A stretch of DNA of 63,876 nucleotides, filler included, from Rhabdomonas costata (GCA_019059605.1; 42 parts of 42 records of this genome joined end to end with filler, not necessarily neighbours in it), one strand, 5' to 3'; counted from the whole stretch's first letter, positions 21,069 through 34,100 are shown. A program made the numbers and translations. The notes: generated from the sequence alone by a model not told the origin.

Positions 21069-22848
21069 CTGTCGAAGCAAATAATAAAGGCGGGAGGTAT
21101 GGCAGGCCAAAAAACCTCCGTTGAGGTCATGGGCACCACAGACTACTCCACGGCCGTTCCAAATTTCACTGTGGCTCTCGTAGCACCCTAAACGAGTTGA
21201 CTTGAAGGCGTACAAAAACACCNNNNNNNNNNNNNNNNNNNNNNNNNNNNNNNNNNNNNNNNNNNNTTAATTAATTAANNNNNNNNNNNNNNNNNNNNNN
21301 NNNNNNNNNNNNNNNNNNNNNNACCCGCCATGACACGGTGCTGGTGAGCGGTCGTAGGAGAGTAGGAGAGCAGGTAAGAGAATGGGGTGGCCTCTGCAAT
21401 GAACAGTTGTTAATTGTTGACGGGGGCCGCTTAACATTGATACTGTGGTGCGCACGTTCATTGTTTTGCAAATGATGTCCCCCTCAGTACCTTTCCTGTG
21501 CCTCACCACAAAATTCGTAAAGACGAAAGAACAACTACGAAAGAAAAGGTTGCGCCCGGTAACGACCCTGGCCGTTAGACTATAAAAATATGCGGGCGGG
21601 GCGCCTTCCTTTCCTCACCCTGCTTGGGCTTCTTTTTGCCCCTTCCGGGGGTTCTGGGAGCCTGCTGGGGGACCGCAGATCTTTCGGGAGAGAATTTCAG
21701 AACAGGAGAACGAGTTGCAACAACAGGACCCAAATGACGTTCCAAGACGAACAGCCGTGGAGGGGACCTGTTGGAAAACCCTCAAAACGCTTACGCGCCC
21801 AAAACAACATTATATGACGAAACCCCTTGAGTCCTCGAACTTCTTCAGATTAAGTCCCCCCCATACACACATAATGCAAAATACGACCATTGTTGAATGC
21901 AACCAGATGCAGCTCGTCCCAAAATCCTCCCTCTCCTGGCAACGCCGCAAACTCAACACGCGCTGAAGCGCAACAGGGTCACCACAAGAGGTCAAAAGGC
22001 AAAGGGCAAAGCAGCAACGAAGGAAAGACGCAACGCTAGAGATTCAGAAAGTGTGAGGAGCAATCAGGCAAGCAATTGGGGTCGTCCTCCTGCACTTCGT
22101 GGCAATTCAACACCCGACCTCCACCGCGAGCGTCAGCGGGTGCAGACCATTCGCGGAGAGATGGGCTTAACTGCGACAGCCATGGCCGCAAGAGCATCAG
22201 CCAAGAGGTTTGGTTCAGTATGTACATGGACAATAAGCAGGGGAGAAATGAAGGCCGTGGGGACAGCTGCCAGAGTCCTGGGAACTGAAGACGCGCCGCA
22301 CTAATGTTCTGGCCTCAAAACCTGTGCCCAGCTTAGAAACTATCAAGACCTATAATGATGGTGGACCTGATTACACTTCCACCTCCCTGGATGACGTCAG
22401 CCGAGCCAATGGAACATTACCCCCACACACATACGCACACAAGCACACAAACACATCGCCTGCCCGACGAGCAAAGCTTATCAGGCAAAAATCATTACAA
22501 TCCAAAAACTATCCTTTTAGGCGTAGGTGCCGTCAGACCCTTCGGAGAATGAAGCCCAAGTCTAGTGTATTGTGCAGTCAGCTTCCCCAGGACACAGGCA
22601 GTGTACAAAGGTGGGCTGGCCTCTTGCCTTAGCATGCCTCGGAAGGGCAAGCGACGGAGCAACGGGGCGGCAAAACGCCACGCAGGGGCGTGGCAACGGA
22701 AATGGAAGGACGCGTTCACCGCCCGCGCCTTCTCCCCAAACAANNNNNNNNNNNNNNNNNNNNNNNNNNNNNNNNNNNNNNNNNNNNTTAATTAATTAAN
22801 NNNNNNNNNNNNNNNNNNNNNNNNNNNNNNNNNNNNNNNNNNNGGGTT

Positions 22849-23124
22849 TTTTGTCTTGTGTATCATCGCATTAATGACAGAGCCACTCTGGAACGCGTTT
22901 CGAACATGAAATGAACATGGAATCGTATTTGATATGGGTCTCTGGCCGCGAAAGGAAAAAATTCCTCTACTGTGAGATAATGCGCTCCGGCACAGGCCCA
23001 GGCTGAATGACTGCCTGAATCTGAAGCAAGTTCTTTCTGTCCAACCGGAAAATCTGCGCCTCGGGAAGGCACAGAACTCCCATCTAGTGGCTCTGTCATT
23101 AATGCGATGATACACAAGACAAAA
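22849..23124. repeat. Contig-terminal perfect inverted repeat (39-bp arms)
   Basis: 22849-22887 is the reverse complement of 23086-23124. Confidence 0.93.
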
Positions 23125-23705
23125 GATCGCCAAATTTGAAGCTCCAATGGACGGTAAAAGTGTGATTAGAAAACTTTATTCATCAGAAGAAATAACGTCA
23201 TCTGATGCTCAGCATGAAAGCACAATACAAAGCAACACTATGTATATTAGAGTCAAAAAAGTTGATTATAGAAAAGGTGCGGACAATAGTGATAAACATG
23301 GCGTTATTGGCGATGCCTGTGGAAACGTTGGTTGGAGGTACGGAGTTTAGTATCCAAAGTTCGAGATATTGCATCCAAAAGTGGGTCTCTGTTACCAACA
23401 TGACCTTCGCTATTACTACTGTACGTTGGCTCATAAACCTGTATTACACAGATGCCATCACGTATGGTTGAACGTAAGTGTTTATTCAGCACCCAGCCTC
23501 ATATGTGATGTGATGCAGAGCCAGACTCCATGTGGCTCACAATCATTGCCACTTCTCATGGTTACCCAGCAAGCTCACCACAGGGACCATTATCCGGCTC
23601 AGTCATATGGCTTGAGTGACGTTGCATCACCGGTTACCACGCACCTTGCCTCATGTGGTTTTGGTTCATGCCATTGCCTAGCATTCATCACTAGAACTTT
23701 CATCA
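23120..23705 (-). mobile_element. Decayed APE-type endonuclease of a non-LTR retrotransposon
   Basis: Ordered remnants MKVLVMNAR, GVWL, NSVPP, IINFFDSNIH and HTF..DL resemble EEP motifs (WNxxG, YxPP, GDFNxH, PTF, IDL). Interrupted by stops and frameshifts. Confidence 0.4.
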
Positions 23706-24731
23706 GTGGTACAGCCACAGGAATATCACGTGTACTCGCGGTACGGTTAGGCGTTGGTGCCAGCATTGCTAATTGCTCTCTCGGAGATGACGCCAATGAC
23801 ACAACGTCGCACACCTGAATTTGTTCACGTTTGGTACTTGTAATGCCAGTCACTCGTCGAAGTGTTTGTACATGCGGAACGTAATTAAGGCGTCTGGCGG
23901 TTTCCGTCATTTCGCGGAGGTATGTGAGACGTAGAGACATGAAGCAGAAATAGAGATACGGCACCACACATTGCAATAGAGCTACAATTGGTGAAAAGCA
24001 CACACACAAGCACCACACTATACGCCTACTTACCAACATCAACGGAACCAGGACGCGCACACAAAATAGAACAAGTGAAAATGGGTAATTTGCCTATTAA
24101 TTCTGTTCATCGCCAGTCGCTGAAATAGGCGTTCTCTCTGCTAAACCATGGTGATACTTCTGACTGGGTTCGTACAAATACGTGGTTAGGTGGCAAAGAC
24201 CTAAAACATAACAAAAAAACCAAATACCCACGCAAAACACAAACCACGAATTCTTAACACAACCCCNNNNNNNNNNNNNNNNNNNNNNNNNNNNNNNNNN
24301 NNNNNNNNNNTTAATTAATTAANNNNNNNNNNNNNNNNNNNNNNNNNNNNNNNNNNNNNNNNNNNNTTGTTGGTGGGTGCATCAAGAAAAAAATCAAAAC
24401 CCACCATGGGTTTTGTTTTCCGTGCCTGGTTTGGTTGTATTTTTGTTAGAAATCATTTGACACGCTGCAATTTGAATTATTTCTCTGCGAATGGCCGCGC
24501 CTGAGAGGTGTTCGCAGAGCTGTACCGTTTTACGTGCGGCAGATTTGAGTGAGGTGTTGTGAGCGTTAACAGCTGTCTATAATGTTTTGAGAAGCATTTT
24601 GTTCTGCAGTCGAAGTAAGCCTCCGCCAAGTCGGGTGAAGTGCATTGCTGAGTGCATTGCTGATTACTGAATCGCATCTTGCCTGCATAGTCGGGAAATT
24701 TTGCTTTCAGTTTTCTCCACGGCTTTGACAG

Positions 24732-25505
24732 ATGGCAAAGCTCATCTTTCCACTTTCGCCCCGAGTTTGCTTATCTCATTCTCGACGCCGCTTGGCCACT
24801 GTCTATGACCCTGAGGTCCTTCTGGGGGTCTCATCGCGGGCCTCATGGGGAGAGATCAACCGGAAGTTTCGCCAGCAACTGCAGGGGTTACCCGCACACA
24901 GCGCCCGCCGGAGAGCCCTTGACCAAGCTTACCGCACCCTTTCCCGGCGAGTTAATGAAACCGTTTCGTTCACCCCGGCTGTCAAAGCATCCTCCCCGGA
25001 TACCCTTGGGGCGTCGGTAGCTTCCACAGCTCCGCCCACAAATCTGCCCCACGTCAGCACTAGCCAGGGGATCACTCTCTCAGAAGTTCAGCAGGAGCAG
25101 GCCCTTTTATTTAACTTCCAGCGGGAGCTTCCCTTGCAAGTCCTTGGGCTTCCGCCGGTCTGTACTCTGGAAAGGGCCACTGTGCGGTACTTAGCCCTGG
25201 GTTATGAGATCAGCCCTGCGGAAAGAGTGATGTACCCGCTTCGCTGCGCGAAGTTTCTGAACTACAGCCTTGCTCTGGACACGCTGCGCAATCCATCGGA
25301 TTACGCGGGTGCGAAGCAGTCGGTGGTATGGAAGCTCCGGAGGGCCGTCCAAGTGTGGCCCCAGGCACTTGCTGAGCGTGGTATGCCATGTTCTGGGGAG
25401 CAAAGCGTTGGTGACCACTACCCAAAGTGGTGTGTAAAAATGGTTGGAGTCCTTTTCAGGATTCGACTTTTTATTCATATTGAACTTTCACGAGCCCCCC
25501 GTTGA
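24732..25505 (+). CDS. Protein with two J-like (DnaJ) domains lacking HPD; possible mitochondrial presequence
   Basis: DPEVLLGVSSRASWGEINRKFR...LDQAYRTL and PLQVLGLPP..TLERATVRYLALG...AKFLNYSLALDTLRNP. Arg/Ser-rich, acid-free N-terminus. The 3' end may be spliced. Confidence 0.65.
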   Translation: MAKLIFPLSPRVCLSHSRRRLATVYDPEVLLGVSSRASWGEINRKFRQQLQGLPAHSARRRALDQAYRTLSRRVNETVSFTPAVKASSPDTLGASVASTAPPTNLPHVSTSQGITLSEVQQEQALLFNFQRELPLQVLGLPPVCTLERATVRYLALGYEISPAERVMYPLRCAKFLNYSLALDTLRNPSDYAGAKQSVVWKLRRAVQVWPQALAERGMPCSGEQSVGDHYPKWCVKMVGVLFRIRLFIHIELSRAPR

Positions 25506-25916
25506 ACCGAAACCCCTGGTATGCGTTGAATTGATACTGGCCGCGAAAAAAAATTACCATCAACTTTGAACTGGGTGACAATGAATGTGTAGTGAATTGA
25601 GCTTTTTTGTGGGGCCACGTTTGAACTCTGCGGTCTGCGCGACCCTGGTCCTTTTTCAGCCCAGTTGTGTTCCCTATTTTTCCCTCATTCTTGATCGTCA
25701 GTGACGTTTTTTACAAATCGTTACGAAGTTGGGATCTTTAGGATCCACTGCACGCATACACTTGGACTGGAGTAACACCCACCCCACCCNNNNNNNNNNN
25801 NNNNNNNNNNNNNNNNNNNNNNNNNNNNNNNNNTTAATTAATTAANNNNNNNNNNNNNNNNNNNNNNNNNNNNNNNNNNNNNNNNNNNNTGTGTTGCGTG
25901 AGTTTGGGGGTGTGTG

Positions 25917-26012
25917 GCCCTCCATCCCTGTTCGAAAGCCATTGTCAGCCATTGTCCAGCAAGGATTAGCGTGACAATGGCTGACAATGGCTTTCGAACA
26001 GGGATGGAGGGC
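25917..26012. repeat. Near-terminal perfect inverted repeat (40-bp arms, 16-nt loop)
   Basis: 25917-25956 is the reverse complement of 25973-26012. Confidence 0.93.
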
Positions 26013-26716
26013 GACACACGCCCAACAGTGCAGATGTTATCATCTATTGTCAACTGAAGAGGGATCTTGATGAAAGGGAACTGGGAATGAAGCAAGCGTG
26101 AAGGTGTTTTTTGTGCCAGCGGAGATTCTTCTCATTGTAATGTTCTTACAGAGGTGTTTCAAAGGGCCTATTGCAAAGTGATAACTTCAACCAAGAGGTG
26201 AATCTCACTTTATTTAGGAATCTTAAATCTCAAAAACGTAAAGATTTGTTGAAAGTATCAAATGGCGAATGGCGCCAGAAATGCAGGATAGAGCGGCGAA
26301 AAGAACAAAGGACGTCCGGTTATGAACGAAGTCAGTCATGCAAACCCCAGCTTCAGCCTCGCAGTCACCTCCCAAGTTTTCCGTGGCAAGCACGGGGTCG
26401 TCTGTGGCAGACGAAGCCCTCTGTGGAATAAAACAAAGAAGTCTTTCACCCTGTAACCATCCTTCGTCCTTTGCTGCACCACCAGCAATTCGCAACCCTC
26501 CAGAATGACGCTATGCAGAGAGAGGAGGGGAGAGGAAAAGAGAGGAGAAATAGCTCAGCCAGAAGCCGCACAGAGCAGCCCTTCATTTCTTCTCAGCCCC
26601 CGTTGCTTCAAGACATAACTCTCGCTCGTGAAGGAATGTTAGTCTGGTTGAAAAACTGCATCGGTTGGAACAAGATGTTGTGTATGCAGGGGCGTGCGTA
26701 TTGTGCGCATAGCACG

Positions 26717-26945
26717 CTGGCTGTTGCCTGACTGTTGGTAACCACTGTGGACTGACGGGCGCACGCACAGGAGCTGGCGAGAGGTACCGTTGGAGCGAAC
26801 GACGGTATCCCAGTGTGGGGTGCCGGCTCACCGCCGAACGTTCCACAATATGGAAACCTCCTTCTGCCTCACAGGTCCGGTCTTTGTCGCACAGCTGCTC
26901 TGTTCCAACGGCCATCAGCTTTGCTGCTCCATTGCTGCTCAGGTC
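26717..26945 (+). repeat. Dispersed repeat family A, copy 3
   Basis: CTGGCTGTTGCCTG...CCACTGTGGACTGACGGGCGCACGC...GTTGGAGCGAACG...CCGAACGTTCCACA. Confidence 0.85.
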
Positions 26946-27997
26946 TGTGAGGCACTTCGAGACCCTTGGTCGCCTCTCGGCGAAGTGCGTTGCAGCACAA
27001 GCTCAGGGGTCCGCCGCAGAAGCTCTACGTCCACAGAAGATGAGGGTGGATGTGCAGCAGAAGGCAGCAGAAGTCCACGGAATCAGTCTGCTCGCCCTGA
27101 TAAAATTGCGCTTTTTGTGACTTTTTCTTATGCCTACAACTCCCTACCCCTACAACCCCCAGCGGATGCTGGACGCAATCGCGGTATGCATGGTACTGTT
27201 ACGGGGCCTACAGCGCCTAACTGTGACGCCAGCAAAGGCGTCAAGGTTATTGGTCAAGCCTATTTTCTCCCTGTTTACTGCGGAGCTATGCTGTCCTTAC
27301 CCACCCCCACACNNNNNNNNNNNNNNNNNNNNNNNNNNNNNNNNNNNNNNNNNNNNTTAATTAATTAANNNNNNNNNNNNNNNNNNNNNNNNNNNNNNNN
27401 NNNNNNNNNNNNGTTGTGTGGGTTACACGCGGACAGCCCTGCTATTCCTTTTCTTCCATTTCTGTTGGTCTCAGTTTGTGTTTTCATTATCCTTTCTCTC
27501 ACTTGCGTTGTTTAAGGCGATGACCAATCCTGTCTCAACCTCCTCGATCTTCTGCGCACAGTCACACACACACACCGTAACCATAACCGCCCATGGTTGA
27601 AAATGAACAAACTAATAAAAGTTTGAGCGTTGAACTGTGTTTGTTTTTTTACAAACTAAGGTGCAAGTCGGTGCCATTGGTAGTGTCGGACTTGGTAGTG
27701 TCAGATGGGCAGACGGGTCAGAATAATGCGATTCATTTAATGGGTTAAATCACGGTAATGCTTAATCCAATCCGTAAGCAAGTGAAGGGTGTTCAGCAGC
27801 ACAGAAGCATAGTGCACGAGCAGGCAAGCGATACGCAAAAAGAATCAATAAATTACACAACAACGAGACAAAGTGAGCATGGCAGGCGGCCAAGTCACGA
27901 GCGAATGACAAACACGAACAAACAATTAAACAAACAATTAAATCGCATGAGCGCAATTAAAATACATAATTTCATTGTTGAGTGACTCGCGCCGAAG

Positions 27998-28774
27998 ATG
28001 CACGCACGCGCAGCTCTTGTGAGAGACTTCTGCTCTGCCGCGCGTTGTGGGAGGGAGCTGCTGGTGGTGAGCTGCTGCGGGGCAGCCACCCGTCTGGACC
28101 CCACCTTGCTTCGGTGCGCTGACATCAGCCGAACCACGCACTGCCCCGTGGCCAGACAGATCCGCAAAGCTCTGGCCCAGGAGGGGTACGCCGCACCTGT
28201 ACACATGCGAAGATTTTTAGTTCGAGGGTGGACAAAAAAATCACCTCAAAAGCCAAAAACCAGACCTCTAACAGGTCGGCAACCTGCCCAGCAAGGGCAT
28301 ACAAAGGTTCGTTTTCTGTTTCATTTAGGCGTAACAGTCTTTTACGGTTCACTGTGTCCTTCCCGAACGTCGCTTTTGATATGTGTACTTGCATTCTATG
28401 TGCCTCTCTGTGCATCTCTCAGTATTCTTTCATATAAGCAGTTGCGTATGCTCCCGCAAGGAAGCCAACACAGTGAGAACCAACGGAGGACGGCTATTAA
28501 GCTGCGGTTGTTCATTTGCACATTCGCTTGGCAGGGCTCTTTGTGCGCACTTTGTGTGCGAGTTTCAGTTTCAGTTTCAGTTTCAGTTTCAGTTTCAGTT
28601 TCGGTGGGTTCTTTCAAGAGGCAGGGGTGGGGTGCGGTAGGATCACCCATGGGGTGACCTGCATCTTCTCCGTCGAGCCGCCTCGCAATCGCAACATGAC
28701 CTCTCGAGATGCGCTCGTAGATCGACCCGGCTCGGCTTTGGACTCCTGCCCTGGCAACAAGGATCCCTCATGCA
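27998..28774 (+). CDS. ThiF/E1-like tRNA threonylcarbamoyladenosine dehydratase (TcdA/CsdL-like), two exons
   Basis: Exons 27998-28185 and 28641-28774 (phase-2 GT-AG): VVSCCGAATRLDPTLLRCADISRTTHCPVARQIRKALAQEG|ITHGVTCIFSVEPP. Confidence 0.82.
28561..28602 (+). repeat. (AGTTTC)n intronic microsatellite
   Basis: Seven tandem units. Confidence 0.95.
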
Positions 28775-30637
28775 GTGAGGGAAAACTCGATCTTCGCCTC
28801 CTTTCCTGGAAACTGCCTTGGGTTTCATCAAAACCNNNNNNNNNNNNNNNNNNNNNNNNNNNNNNNNNNNNNNNNNNNNTTAATTAATTAANNNNNNNNN
28901 NNNNNNNNNNNNNNNNNNNNNNNNNNNNNNNNNNNTTCCCCTCCCACAGCGGCAGGATCACCGCCAGCCGGCACTGCACGGCGTACTGGATTTGAGAGTA
29001 CACTGTATGGTCGACCAGAATCTGAGAAGGCCCAGAATTGCGCCGTGCGACACGTCACTTCGCTCATCACTTTGTTCATCGGTTGTTTCCAAAGGTTGCA
29101 TCGGACCCCGCTAATTGGCTCAACGGCCCCATCCATCAAGGTTTTCATCCATTGCAAGTCAGTAACCGACAAAAACGTGCAAAATTCACCGGCCGCAAAG
29201 CATCCAGAAGCACCGAAGCTGCTTAAAAGTAAAGTGCAAAGCACTTGTTTAAAAACCACCGCAAACGGCACGGGGAAAATGGGGAAGTCTGTAAGGGTGT
29301 TGTGGGGAAAATAGGAGTTCAGGCATCATTGTTCTCAACATGTTTTGCTTCTGATAGAAATCCGCACTGCTTCCCTTTACTTTCGGTCTCCGTGATTAAG
29401 TTCATATTCCCCTTGTTTCCAGTCCCCGTGCCATCTGGCAGAGCAGCGAAAAAGCCAATTTAAGTCCTTCCGGCTAGTGCCGGAGCCACATCACTTCAAC
29501 CCCTCTCTTCTGACTGAGTGAATTTTGGGCGACTGAGTGCCCCAGTAGCCCAAAATTGACCAATTTATATCTACCTGAACAACACAACGAGTTCCGCACA
29601 TTCTCCCGCGTACCTGCAACCTGGAAAACAAGAAAGGAGAGTACAAGGAATGCACCGCCACAAAGATATGGGAAAACGCACCAGCTGAAAAAATGGGCTG
29701 AACCGAAATAATTGAAAATAAAATACTAAAAATGAGGAGAAATGGTGTGCGGAAGGAGGCGCTACCCCGAAGGGGATCAGCTTCGCCAGCTTCTGAATGA
29801 CAAGCCCGCGGGGGATGCATGGCGCGACTACAGTGAACGCCCTCTGAGTCTTCGTGCCCATTGGGCCAAAAGAGGCGGGCCTGAGCAACAAGGAACAAAA
29901 AATCTTTGCCTACCGACCTCAGGTTGGTACGCACACTATACAAGTGCGGATATTGCACACTTTAAGAAGTAAAATTGAGCACCAGGAGGGAAGCAGCGGG
30001 GAAGTCTAAAATGTAGTGCGGCAATTAGGAATATGTGGAGATTTTTCCGGTTGGCAAGAAAAAAAGGGAAACGAGAAAGAGGGAGGGGGCAATGTAAAGA
30101 GAGATTGGGGGAAGTGTCAGGGCGTAATGAGTTTAGGTGGTGGTGGTGAGATTCAAAGTCAAGGAAGGGGAAAAGTAAGCAGCAGAAAAGTAAGTCATCA
30201 AGAGAACTGGGAAGCCGATATCGGTTCCCGCAGCAGACGGATCGTATGCCAACAGCAAAGGACTGCATCAGGAAAAGGAGAAAATGAGTGAATGCATTGC
30301 CTAACAGGCCAGCAGCGAGAAACACACTGATAGTCAGAGATAAAGGCCCACACCACCNNNNNNNNNNNNNNNNNNNNNNNNNNNNNNNNNNNNNNNNNNN
30401 NTTAATTAATTAANNNNNNNNNNNNNNNNNNNNNNNNNNNNNNNNNNNNNNNNNNNNTGTGGGGGGGGGTCATGCCCGATCAAGGAAGTGAAGAGAATCC
30501 CGGAACTTCCCCAGAAAAAACGTGCCCTCGAAAAGTGCAAAATATGTGGGTGTATGTGCCGGTGGGTGATTCCGCTGGGTGGGTTGACTCGCCGTTATTA
30601 TTTTTCCGTCGCCTGCTGCAGGACCTAGCACTTCCAG

Positions 30638-30743
30638 GATTTGCTGCGTTTTGCTTCGCTCAGAATGCGAATTGGTATCAACACCGATGCTGTGCTAGTG
30701 GGGAATGTTGGCTGCGAGCACCGCATCAACTACACCTGCCTGG
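30638..30743 (+). CDS. Class III adenylate cyclase exon (dimerisation arm region)
   Basis: AG|DLLRFASLRMRIGINTDAVLVGNVGCEHRINYTCLG|GT. Confidence 0.85.
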
Positions 30744-33080
30744 GTGTGCAGCGCGCTCGTTTTCAACGGGAATCGGAGGGTGCTTCTGAAAGCTGTTGGA
30801 TGATTAGATATGGCTTCTTTTCGTGGAGTTCTGCGGGATTCTTTTCATTATATTTGCATCGGGAGGGCTCTTTTTGCTAAATATTCTTGACTATTGTGAC
30901 CTTTTACTGGGACGTTAGCGGTCGAGTGCATCGAGTGCAGGTTTGATGGGGGCGTTTTGTCCGGGAGTGCAACCTGAGCGGGTGGGTGAGCTGGGACTTT
31001 CCAAATCCCTTCGAATCCGTTTAGCACTGCGCGACGTCTAGCAGTCTCAAACAGACAGGCATTTCTCTATTTTGGGCGATGTTTTTTTGCCTCGGTGACG
31101 AGATTTTTACTCTCATCCGCCCCTGGACCTGATGAATTTTTATATGGCGCACAACGGAAGCTAGCGGTGTCTTTATCAAACCGGAAGGCTTTTCTCCTTT
31201 CCCTTTCCATCTGGGTTTGCTTTGACAGGAGACGGGGTCAACTTGGCGAGCCGCCTGGAAGCAATGAACAAGGCATGGCGACTGCCGTTGCATTATCCCC
31301 GAATATCACAGCAAAATCCCTTGGTTGGGAAGATCCGATGACAGAGTTTCCAAGGCTTGAAGTGCATGTGGTGGAGTAGTCGGGAAGGTCTGACTCGATT
31401 TGAACTTCGTCGCCGACTTTTCTTATCTGGATTTTTTTTTTACACAACGTGTCTTGCTTTTAGGATCTTCTGGTATTTTCTGCGCTTGGAGTGGTACCTT
31501 TCGTGACAATTGGTCCTTAGAACCCTGGTCCTCACCTCAACAATTTTGGCCTTGGGTGGGCTGGTTAGTTTCTGCGCCTTAGTTTTCCCATTTAAAGACA
31601 CGCCGCACTGCATTGTGCGAGCTCTCCACATTTTTTTAATCCCGTCAGCCATAGCTGCAATCCAGTTCTCTGGGAAAGTGTGTCTTGGCCTTCTCACTCA
31701 CACTTTCTTTCACGCCCTGGTGTGCTCCTCTCCAAGTCGTCGCGTGGAACACAAATCCAACGCACTCAACGTTAAAAGCAATGTATCGTTGGACGGGGTG
31801 GAGTCTAGGTCTAGGTGGAGTGAAACAAATGTCAAAAGACGGCACAAGTGCATTTATGACCCCCGCTGGAACCCACACACANNNNNNNNNNNNNNNNNNN
31901 NNNNNNNNNNNNNNNNNNNNNNNNNTTAATTAATTAANNNNNNNNNNNNNNNNNNNNNNNNNNNNNNNNNNNNNNNNNNNNCCTGTCTCTAGCGGCGGTT
32001 AAGAAGCTCGGCGTGATATCAGCCCACTTCGAGAGCTGCGCAGAACAGTGGACCTCGCGAAACTGAGGGTGGCATTGCGCTCTCCACATAGCCTTGATGC
32101 TATTATGATCAGGATGCCTCTGGTGTGCAACTGTGACCGGAATGCGTTGGCACAGTGTTAGGGGAGAGGAGGGAAAGGGAGGTTGGGAATGCTCAAGGTG
32201 CGGGCCAAGGCGGGAAGTACAGAATGCATCCTGTCTCCACCTTATGGTGGAAGGAGGTTTATTGACCAGGTTGACCGTGTGGCAGAACATGACTAAATTT
32301 CCATAATGGAAGACCCGATTCCGGGGAGCGCAGGGAAAGTGGGCGGCAAAAGAGACCGACCAAAGACCCACTCATCGAACCCTGGAACGGACCGAAATCA
32401 AGTTATAGTGAACACTCCTGGAAGAGTTATCAGCATGGTGAAACTACAACAGTAAATCATCCCAATGAGGTCTGTTGCAGGGACGGCAGGGAGCGGAAGG
32501 AGGGGGGGGTTATCACTTGCACTACAGGGAGGCCGTCGTACAGAGAGGAGTGCAGCTCTGGACCCACAACAGGAACGCGACCAAGGTAGAGCCTGAAAAT
32601 AATGCAGGGGAGCAGCAGCAAGGGTGATCACCTATATCTTAGCACAGTAATGGGCAAGCATTCCACCAGCGCTGGCGTGAACCATCCATATCTATCACGG
32701 GGTTTCACACTGCTCTCCGCCGCACTTCACTGAACTTTTTTTTAACTCGGAACGACAAGCCACCACACACGGCAGCCAGAAAACACTCAGGAGGAGCCTA
32801 ATTCCACTGTGCATTGCATGGCATCACTACAGAAAAACTCAAAATTTAACTCCCTCCAAAGCGCTATTCAGTTTTCTGGCTCTCGAGTAGTGCGTCAAAA
32901 CCACAACAAAAGCCGTCACCAGGCAAGAAAAAAAGCCGTGTCGGGGTCCTAAATCAAACAAAAAACTGATTATGTCGGTGGAGTAGCGCTCACGTTTTGG
33001 AATCTGCCATGGCAAAGCACACGGTTCGTTGAAACAAAAATGTCCACGAAGACATCAATACCACACACGAAAACACACAC

Positions 33081-33403
33081 GTCTGCCATGTGCGGTAGAC
33101 GTCGTAGCCCAGCCCAGGCGGGGAGAGCATGAACCAGCTGCCCATCACATTTTCCTGGAACCGCGGGTCCTTCCTCTCCACCTCGGCCCGGGAGAACGCG
33201 AAGGAGGCCTGGATCGCCCGCAGCACTGCCATCCGTCGCGTGGCGCGCGGAGTGTTGCTGCCGATGCTGAACGAGGCGTACAGCAGTCGGGCCCCCGGGG
33301 GGTGCCTGGAGGAGTTCGCCCGGGCGGCGTTGACCAGGGCGGAGACGGTGTGGCGGATCCCCAGCGGGATCGCGACCAGCTTGGGATGGGGAAACCGCAA
33401 TCG
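33081..33403 (-). CDS. Exostosin/GT47-like glycosyltransferase exon
   Basis: HPKLVAIPLGI...LLYASF...SWFMLSPPGLGYDVYRTWQ matches the F-x-L-x-P-x-G-x-G-x-D-xx-R-x-W motif. Confidence 0.75.
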
Positions 33404-34100
33404 GNNNNNNNNNNNNNNNNNNNNNNNNNNNNNNNNNNNNNNNNNNNNTTAATTAATTAANNNNNNNNNNNNNNNNNNNNNNNNNNNNNNNNNNNNNNNN
33501 NNNNGTTTCCGGATTGACCAGTGTTTTTATTAAGGTACGTTAGACCGTAAACTCAGAACCACAGAATTCTTCTTTTTTTCAGCTGTTTTGTGCTTCCCAA
33601 GTAGAAATCCTACCCGTGTAAGGACCAAAATACACACAACCCGCAGGCGTGACGTGGGTGCAAAAATCGAAATTTTTCTCGCGATGCGGCGCGTAGCGAT
33701 ACAAAACAAGACCTTTGCTAAAATGAAGGAGGCAGCCTCAGCCGCAGAATCTTTTTCTCGTTATCCATAGGAGAGCGTTGTGGACCACGGTTATCGTCCA
33801 AGAGAAGATGCGCCAGCAGTCACCGTGTATCACACCTTGGGGGGTTGGGGAAGAACCGGGGTGAGCTACATTCCAAGGTTGAAGTTGAGACATTCTGAGG
33901 CCGAAAAGTGGTGTTTCCAGATGAGGTAGACATTTCATCACCGTTCAGCGGAAGGGAGAAAATTGGACCACCCAACGACACATCGTACAACCAAGCTGTG
34001 GACGGATCCATGTCGATTAACGGAAGGCAGCGAGAAGCTAAAGGCGAGCCTGTAATACAGCATCAAGCAATTTGTCGTGTGTGTGTGGGGGTACTCAGAC

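Noticed and set aside
28936-29170. Possible ependymin/LolA-like exon (GAVEPISGVRCNLW)
   Set aside because: The resemblance rests on one short motif and the splice boundaries are unclear.
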